Below, piece after piece: positions 38,481 through 46,328 of a stretch of 46,328 bases of DNA. Under the pieces are notes generated by a model that was given only the letters and a program-made list of their open reading frames with translations, was not told the DNA's origin and ran no database searches. This DNA is from Octopus sinensis (taxonomy: Eukaryota), in the NCBI RefSeq assembly GCF_006345805.1, contig NW_021834858.1:1-46328 (forward strand), in the 5' to 3' direction. Each line of letters starts with the position of its first letter. The first letter of the stretch is position 1. The translations under genes were made by a program, and so were the position numbers.

Positions 38481-39075
38481 GGCGGCGAGCTGGCAGAAAC
38501 GTTAGCACGCCGGGCGAAATGCGTAGCCGTATTTCGTCTGTCGCTACGTTCTGAGTTCAAATTCCGCCGAGGTCGACTTTGCTTTTCATCCTTTCGGGGT
38601 CGATTAAATAAGTACCAGGTACGCACTGGGATCGATATAATCGACTTAATCCGTTTGTCTGTCCTTGTTTGTCCTCTCTGTGTTTAGCCCCTTGTGGGTA
38701 GTAAAGAAATAGGTATTTCATCCATCATTATGGTCTGAGTTCAAATTCTGCCGAGGTCGAATTTGCCTTTCATCTCTTCGGGGTCGATAAATTAAGTACC
38801 ATTTGCGTACTGGGGTCGATCTATTTGACTGGTCGCCTCCGCCAAAATTTCGGGCCTTGTGCCTAGAGTAGAAAAGAATTAAGGCACCAAGCTGGCTAAT
38901 CGTTAGCACGCCGGGCAAAATGCTCAGCTGTGTGAGTTCAAATTCCGCCGAGGTCGAATTTGCCTCTCATCCTTTCGAAGTCGATAAAACAAATACCAGT
39001 TGAACATTGGAGTCGATGTAATCGACTTACCTCCTCCCTCGAAATTGCTGGACTTGCACCAAAATTTGAAACCAA
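38481..39075 (+). mobile_element. cluster of three head-to-tail OK/MetaSINE-type SINEs (38481-38712, ~38712-38878, 38881-39075)
   Basis: TGAGTTCAAATTC(C/T)GCCGAGGTCGA..TCATC..GTCGAT domain present three times, with different 3' tails. Confidence 0.88.
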
Positions 39076-39287
39076 TAGTTATTAAAATGCTGCTACAGCC
39101 AACTAGTCTGTCATTTATTCATCTGTGATTTTCCTCTCTCAGTGGGTGTAGTGATGTCTGCTATTAATTGCCTCTCACCAAGCCTACTATGTGCATTCAT
39201 TACCCCCACCTCTTACGTTAACTCTTTCTGCATTTCTCTTTTGTTCTATTCTTTTCCTTTTTTCTGTACGTTGTAATGCGTGACCAG

Positions 39288-39327
<40 letters not shown>

Positions 39328-39380
39328 TCCATGTAAATATATATGCATACATTCATATATATATGTACAAATCCAAATGA

Positions 39381-39445
<65 letters not shown>

Positions 39446-39659
39446 AAGAAGAAAAGACTGCTAAACAAAAGTAGTCTTTTCTGCTTCCATACTCGCTCGA
39501 CGAATTCGTTCTTATACCTGACTTCCTACCTCAGCACACCTGCCTTAGACGAAGGAGTTGATGTTCAAATTTCAGATTTATCTGAGGACTACCTGGTGAT
39601 TATCTATGCCGCTCTTACATAAGCATTCTTCAACGGATACATCCCCAATTTCTCTGTCT

Positions 39660-39699
<40 letters not shown>

Positions 39700-41437
39700 A
39701 CTCTTTCTCTTTCTCTTTATACACATATGTACACAAACATTTATATATATATATATATATATATATAGATATATATATAAAATCTTCTTCTTCTATATAT
39801 AAAACTGAAATGCGTTTTTACCGGTTGGATCGCTTTCAATACCACTACGACCCGTCCGATTCGCTCCAAAATTTACAGGGACATGTAGAATGAGGTGACG
39901 ATGCCAGTGGGCTACCATAGAAATCCCTATCTTAAAAGGTGTGGTTGCTGGGGGTCATCTTCCTCACTCACGCTATTTCCTATATTACCCTCTCACTCCC
40001 CTTCAGTTAGTCCACTCCCGTTATTTAATGTAAGAACATTTTCACTCACTCTATCTCTTAGCTTCCCATAATTTTTACTCATGTATCTCTATACAGAGAA
40101 ACAAATATTCCATCGCCATCGCCACCGCATTCTATTGTCTACCTGTCAACGCGCCCATCGACCAAATACAAACAGAACACACCAACGAGCGTTTATATAC
40201 ATGTGTGTGTGTGTGTGTTCTATATATAAATATGTATATATAATGTATATATACAAAGTGTATATATCTGTATTTATGTATATTAAACTTTTCAATACTT
40301 TTTGATAGTTACGTAAAGGGAACTGGTTGCTTCTTTACATTTTTTGGGTGCAACTTGGGTGCGAGACAGATAATTTTCTCTGTTAATTACGTGACCAACA
40401 GGGGTCTAACAGGGGGAAATTATGCCTAAACATGAGCGCAGCGCATGTGAACATCCGAAGTGCTTTGAGTCGGGAGAAGAATTGAGCTGACGCAGACGTG
40501 TTGCAAAACAAGGGAGTACACGTGCAGAACAGAGGTGCATGAGTGCAATAGGGCTTGCTAGGCTGAAATACAGTGTACAGTATTGAATATCCCAGCGATT
40601 AATGCGGTAAGGCTGAGGCTGCCAGCCAGTGCTTGAGCTATTATATGCCTCGGTCGTGCAGGAACAAAAGTGTGGCATGCTGGTGCGTTGTAAGGGACAA
40701 ACAACTTTCTCTATGTATGCGTGACCGATCTAGGGTCTTACAGAGATGAGTTGTGTTTACAAGGGCACACTGAGCATGGAAAACAAGCGAGAAAGGCATG
40801 TGTAGCGTATGAATGTGACAGAGATAGCATTTGTGTGTGTATTAACTATGTGTGTTCGTGTGTGCGACAGAAGTACAAACAAGGTGTATGCGGGCAAAAC
40901 AAAATACAGCGCATAGGAAAAGTCTCTCAGGGTATTTCAGACAAGATGGAGTTAATTTACCAGTTCGTAGTAAAGTACATAATAGCAGTTCGTTCTGTAA
41001 CAGGATGTTCGGATCACAAGTGCAGCTGCCGGTTGAACACATGTCGTGTAGTGGTTGTGGCTTCAATGCTGTGCCAGCTTACATTGGTACAGAAGATCTC
41101 GCAGGTAGTGCTGTGCTGTTAACCTCGGTGAAAATCATAACAGCGTGAAAGCTACACCTGAATGAGTGCTATGTACATATTAGTGTTGCTGGAGATGAAG
41201 GCGACGGAGATGGAGACGACGTGAAGGTGAAGGACGACGATGGCGATGGCGACGTTGAGATGAAGGCGTCGGTGGCGTTGCTGGTGTATGTTAGCGTCGT
41301 CATTGGCTGGATCAAGAACATGACTAGATGGTCTGGTCGTCTGTCGCTGGAACTGGAACATGGTTGCGTAAGCTCTGTGTGGATGAAGACTGCGGCGGAT
41401 TGATTGGTTCAGACTAGGTAGAAACTAGATTTTAGCT

Positions 41438-41649
41438 AAGTGTTCTATGGTCTATGACCAGAACTCGTGAAACTTGGTTGAGTGTTCTATGGTCTATGAC
41501 CAGAACTCTGGAAACTTGCTTGAGTGTTCTATGGTCTATGACTAGAGCTCGGGAAACTTGCTTGAGTGTTCTATGGTCTATGACCAGAGCTCGGGAAACT
41601 TGCTTGAGTGTTCTATGGTCTATGACCAGAACTCGGAAACTTGTTGAGT
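41438..41649. repeat. 42-bp tandem repeat x5 with internal hairpin
   Basis: TGTTCTATGG at 41441, 41483, 41525, 41567, 41609; unit contains GTTC ta TGGTC tat GACCA GAAC. Confidence 0.95.
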
Positions 41650-42339
41650 CCTCATCTTATAAATGTGGGCCCAGTAGACCCAAATGAAATCGGGTTATAT
41701 TAACCAAATGTGAAAAGGGGTCTAAATGGGGCTGGAAGGGGATTCAAATTTAAAGGAGCGGGTTTTTGTTTAGCAATTCTCTGTTACATCAAGCTAAAAA
41801 TTTTGCGCCAGCTTTTAATCGTCAATGTGTTGCCGTCCATGATGAAGAAGTTTTGAATGCTTGCCATCGTGAGTCTACTGTCGTGAGAAAGAATCAGTTC
41901 AAAACTTGTTTTTAGGGATTTCTTTTACATTAAGTCATAATTTTACGCCAGCCGTTGTGAACTGTCAATACGTTGCTGTCCGTCGTTAAGAAATGCCAGC
42001 ATGGTGACTCTACTATCCTCAAATTCTATCCCTTCAAACTTTGGTTTCCAATATTTTATTTTTTTATTCAGCTCGCAAGTTCGTCTGTCCTTTTAAATGT
42101 AGTGTTTTGCTGTCTGCCTTGAAGCAGACCTTTCCGTTGTTACTGCCTGATATTTATGATTGATCTTTCTAAATATTTTATTCTCAACTTACTCAAGATC
42201 TTTTGTTGTTATAAATGGGGAGAGAGATAGATAAAGATAGAGAATAAGAGAAAGCGAGGGAGAGTCCGAGAGAAGAAAAAGAGTAAGAGAGTGGGAAAGT
42301 GAGAGAGAAAGAGAGAGAGAGAGAGACAAAAAGAGGGAG

Positions 42340-42340
<1 letters not shown>

Positions 42341-42376
<36 letters not shown>

Positions 42377-42629
42377 GTTTAACGTCCGTTTTCTGGCTAG
42401 CACGGGTGGACAGTTTGACAGGGGTCTGGGAAGCCAGGAGGCTGCACCAGGGCTCCAGTCTGATCTGGCAGTGTTTCTACGGCTGGATGCCCTTCCTAAC
42501 GCCAACCACTTCTGTGAGGCGTAGTGGGTGCCAAGGGGGTGGCAGCGCCACGATCGGTTGGTGCCCACCAGCACAGAAGCCAGTCAAGGCGGCGCTGATT
42601 CCGCCACGTTAGGATGGTGCTTTACGTGC
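42341..42629 (-). mobile_element. Nin/Deu-domain-type SINE 3' part with (GAT)n tail
   Basis: Reverse complement GTTGGCGTTAGGAAGGGCATCCAGCCGTAGAAAC and ...CGGACGTTAAACGATGATGAT. Confidence 0.75.
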
Positions 42630-42755
42630 TGAAAGGAAGCAACAGAAAGAACAAACACACTCTTTACCCGCGCGTAGAGCGGGTCACCTTCAGCTAGGAT
42701 ATATATAAATGTTGTGTTACATATGTGTATAAAGAAGAAGAGAAGGAGAGAAAGC

Positions 42756-42786
<31 letters not shown>

Positions 42787-42982
42787 CGGAGACAGAGAGA
42801 TTGGGGAGTATCCGTTGAAGAATGCTATGTAAAACGCGGCATAGATAATATAATAATCCGAAACTGAACACCAACTCCAAGACAGATGCGCTGAGGTAGG
42901 AAGTCCTACGTATATATATATACGTGTGTGTGTGTGTGTGTGCATGTGTGTGTGTGTGTGTGTATGTGTATACATATATATA

Positions 42983-43202
42983 CAAAACATGCTGAAAAGT
43001 TCCTGGCTTTGGGTAAAAGAAATAAAAGAAGGATCAGTTAATTATGATTTTATTCGATATATTTCCCTCTCGTATTCACACACTTATTGCAGCGGTCCTT
43101 CGGTTTTTGTAAGCCCGGCAAAAAAAATAACTTGGAAGGTTACCCCTCCAACCAGACCTGTCGCGATACCCTTAAAGCCAGGAACTTTTCAGTACCCCCT
43201 CG
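42983..43202. mobile_element. mariner-derived MITE
   Basis: TIRs CTGAAAAGTTCCTGGCTTT at 42992-43010 and inverted at ~43174-43192; right end ...CCCCTCG followed by TA. Confidence 0.8.
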
Positions 43203-43235
43203 TACATGCATACATATATACGTATATACATACAT

Positions 43236-43676
43236 GAGAATACCTACAGTGAACTATTGAGAAATCTGCAGTCACTCTATCCAGACTACAAGTTCATGTT
43301 TATATCTGTAATTATTGGGGCACAGGGATATGTAACACACTGCCTAAATGCCAATCTTGAGAAATTAGGCTTCTCAAAACCAGCAAGGAGAAAGCTAATT
43401 CGAAGACAACAGATCTAATCCATCACAAGAACTGTAAAAATTTGTAAAACTTTCCAGAAGTTTATCATTTAAATATATATGAGCATGTCTAGATACGCAA
43501 ATATATGCATGAGAATACATACATAAAATAAAGCATACAAATCCGCAAACATACATACATACATTCAAAAATACCCTCTTGTTGATTTTGAAATTCCAAT
43601 GAAGTAGCCTTGGATCTAGGTTAGAAACCGGCGCTTTATCTATTAGCCAGAAATCTTGAAATAAAACTGAATAATG
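43236..43676 (+). mobile_element. R4/Dong-like (REL endonuclease) non-LTR retrotransposon 3' end
   Basis: ENTYSELLRNLQSLYPDYKFMFISVIIGAQG resembles the REL C-terminal Y..L...(P)VIIGALG motif; 3' UTR joins (ACAT)n and the 5' junction is also in TACATACAT. Confidence 0.65.
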
Positions 43677-43722
43677 ACATACATACATACATAGATACAT
43701 ACATACATACATACATACATAC

Positions 43723-44180
43723 ATGATGGCTGCCCCCTCGTTATCGAGTATGGCCATTGCACGAAGCTTAACTGTCATTGGTGCTGTGATCGAATGTGAC
43801 TTTTATTTGCTTTTTAAGGCTGCAGCCAGCCATTCGGTTGAGACTCACAGCACCATCAACAATCATGAACAATGTTGTTATCGTGCAATGCCTGTGCAAG
43901 AAGATTTTTTTTTTAAGTGAGGAAAGGCTGTGCACTGAGCCAATCCTACTCACTAAGCAACAACAGCCATAATCCGAAAAGAAGAACAAGTCAACATCAT
44001 TGGTAACCACTGAGCCGCAGGTTTTATGTCGGAGTTATCCCAGTTACCTGAGTTACCTTCTCCTAGAAGTATGCCCTAACAAAGGCTAGGAATCCTTCAC
44101 TCCCAATGGTTTAACCGCGTGATCGGGTATTCAGTCCGATTATTTCTATGTCCCCGCGCATGATACAGCCTTAAGCCTTA
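43723..44180 (-). mobile_element. RTE-related non-autonomous element (RTE-like 5' motif and 3' tail)
   Basis: Reverse complement TAGGGCATACTTCTAGGAGAAGGTAACTC resembles an RTE 5' UTR motif; 3' end ...CGAGGGGGCAGCCATCAT. Confidence 0.4.
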
Positions 44181-44407
44181 AGAATAAGAAAATTTATACA
44201 TTTATTGGATGCCCGTTGACTCTCAAGAGTTCCTCCGCCCTTTGACGGGTTTTGTTTTTCATCCCACAGGGTGTCCAATAAACACCCTCCTCACCAAGCA
44301 AACTTGGTGGGGTTGCCTGTTTAGTCGCCGACGGCCCGACCATGCAACAGGTTGTACTGGGTTACATGTTACCAGTAGCACTCGAAAGTGACCTGACATA
44401 CATACAT

Positions 44408-44447
<40 letters not shown>

Positions 44448-44776
44448 ACATATATACATACATACATACATACATACATACATACACGCACACATACATA
44501 CATACATACATACATACATACATACATACATAGCAATATAAACCTACTACTTCTTTACCCCCCACCCTGCTAACTGTTTGTCAAGTTTATCCTTCTACTT
44601 AGTTAATTCTCAATGAGTGTGAGTGTGCATGTGGGCGTGTGTGATAGAAAGAAAGAGCGTAGGGAGTGGCATAGATAAAGAGATTACGTACACTTTGTAG
44701 TGTATGTGAGTACGTATAACTGTCATTTATAACCGTGTGTCACCTATTCCAACACAAAATTTTCTGCTCGTCTTAA

Positions 44777-44873
44777 GCGCAGGCGTGCCTGTGAGGTAAG
44801 AGGTTTTCTTCCCACATGGTGCCGGGTTCAGTCCTACAGAGTGACACCTTGGGCAAATGTCTTCTACTATAGC
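44777..44873 (+). mobile_element. OR/CORE-type SINE head
   Basis: GCGCAGGCGTGCCTGTGAGGTAAG...GGGTTCAGTCC..CACCTTGGGCAAATGTCTTCTACTATAGC. Confidence 0.8.
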
Positions 44874-44894
44874 ATATGTATATATATGTATGTA

Positions 44895-45460
44895 TAAACC
44901 CTATACATACACACGTCCAGACCCCTCATACGCACTTATACTCTCTCATACACACACACACACACACTTATACATACTAATACGTACTAATACATACTAA
45001 TACATACTAATACATACACCAACCCCATACATACGCACGTCCAGACCAATCCTACGCACTAATACTCTCTCATACACACACACACACACACCCACACCCT
45101 TATACATACTAATACATACACCACCCTATACATACACACTCCAGACCCCTCCTACGCACTATTAGCTGGTCCTTCAACCCTATTATCAACCCTATTATCT
45201 CCCCTTATTTCGCTCTCGCGTCTCATGTTTGATCTTTGACCTCTGGCCGAAATCAGATCGCCATGTATTCGTTAGCTACTGCACGCATTTTTTTTCTCTC
45301 TTCTTTCTGTGTTTTCTCTCTGTGTATCTTTCTGTTGAAGAGCGTAGCTCGAAACGTTAAAGACTTGTTTTATTATATTTCCTGAGCGCCATACTAATAC
45401 AATTGTTCGTTTGTTTTCCCCCTGCCTTCGTCTTTTGTCTATTTTCATAAAGCTTCCCGT
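44895..45460 (+). mobile_element. non-coding Penelope pLTR-like remnant, preceded by a ~100-125-bp imperfect tandem repeat (44897-45160)
   Basis: Carries an HHR motif and downstream sequence shared with 18050-18510; 3' end runs into (TA)n. Confidence 0.55.
45327..45363 (+). ncRNA. minimal hammerhead-like motif
   Basis: UCUUU-CUGUUGA-A-GAGC gua GCUC-GAAA-CGUU-AAAGA; A6U core change. Confidence 0.65.
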
Positions 45461-45468
45461 TATATATA

Positions 45469-46328
45469 TTGGTTCATCTCATAAATAATGCAGATTTCTT
45501 TTCGGAGATGGAGCCGGATAAACTACCTGCATTAACTTGCTACAAAAGCAGAAAATGGTTTTACTTTCTCCTTATTCTTAGTGCAAGTTTTTGAAGAGTG
45601 CAATTCGATTTTATTAGTTATTTTTCTAAAGCTATAATGGAAATGACAAAGGAGAATATTCAGCATATTTTGCTGAACGGAAAGTGCGAGGACTATTAAT
45701 GCAGCTTATGGGGATCGGAGAAAAGGCATAAGCCAGTGCCAACGGTGGTTTCAGAAATTCCGAGCCGGAAACTACAGTCTAGAAGAAGGGTCTTATTCTT
45801 CAAGATCTGTAGAGCTCGACGAGGACGTCCTGCAAACCTTGGTGGAGTAAAATCCCATCGTAATTGTTGAGGAACTAGCTGAAGCTTGGATTTGGTCATT
45901 CAACTATTCATCGACATTGGCGAGCCATCGGAAAAGTCAGCAAATTGGGTCAATGAGTTCTTCACAAACTTTCCGAGTTTAATCGAGTGCGGAGAGTAAA
46001 TGTGCTGTCACCTCTCACAAATGAAACTTTTGGACCAAAATAGTGACCGGTGGCGAGGAATGGGTTCTCTATAAAAATGTCAAGCACTGAAGACAATGGA
46101 TAGGGAAAGGAGAAACACCGGCACTCCAGGCTAAAGAAGGTCTTCACCCATGTATGGTGTTGTTGTCTGTTTGGTGGGATATGAAAGGTTTAGTCCACTA
46201 TGAAGTTTTAAGCCCAAGCCAAACGATAACAAAGGAGATCTACTGCGAGCAGTTTGAACGCCTTGTGTCAGGGATAAAAGAAAAACGACCATCTTTGGTT
46301 TCAAGACGAAGGTGTTCTTCCATCAGAT
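45469..46328 (+). mobile_element. mariner transposon (Mos1/Hsmar1-like), degraded transposase, runs off window
   Basis: Left end TA-TTGGTTCATCTCATAAATAATG; CQRWFQKFRAGNYSL, KLGQ*VLHKL (WVPHEL), VTGGEEWVLY (TGDEKW), LSVWWDMKG, VFFHQD. Confidence 0.9.

Noticed and set aside
41438-41649. CRISPR-like array
   Set aside because: Units are contiguous with no unique spacers; eukaryotic context and no cas genes.
44205-44397. HDV-like ribozyme in the GC-richer repeat next to (ACAT)n
   Set aside because: A P2-like pairing (CCTGT/ACAGG) and CTAA exist on the minus strand, but P3/L3 and P1.1 could not be built.

Overview
AT-rich, microsatellite-saturated eukaryotic DNA. The SINE families present (MetaSINE/OK-type, CORE/OR-type, V-type, Nin-type) point to an octopus (coleoid cephalopod) genome; this is inferred from recalled family motifs, not from a database search. 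No host protein-coding gene can be supported, and most ORFs in the track are microsatellite translations. The window is a graveyard of mobile elements: a Penelope-like element (RT + GIY-YIG), Tigger/pogo, Tc1, mariner, a CR1 LINE, three Tx1-clade LINE 3' fragments, an R4/Dong-like 3' end, a degraded Chapaev3-like transposase missing from the ORF track, and many SINEs. Two themes stand out. First, there are about 8 type-I hammerhead ribozyme (HHR) motifs. One lies just downstream of the Penelope ORF, one inside a 367-bp retrozyme-like monomer, and two face back-to-back in a 150-bp palindrome; two independent copies carry the compensatory U3-A8 core variant. Second, different retroelement families each sit in their own microsatellite: Tx1 in (GATA)n three times, a ~560-bp non-coding element in (AAT)n three times, an R4/Dong-like end in (ACAT)n, and Penelope in (AT)n. 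All folding and translation was done by eye; coordinates may be off by a few bases.
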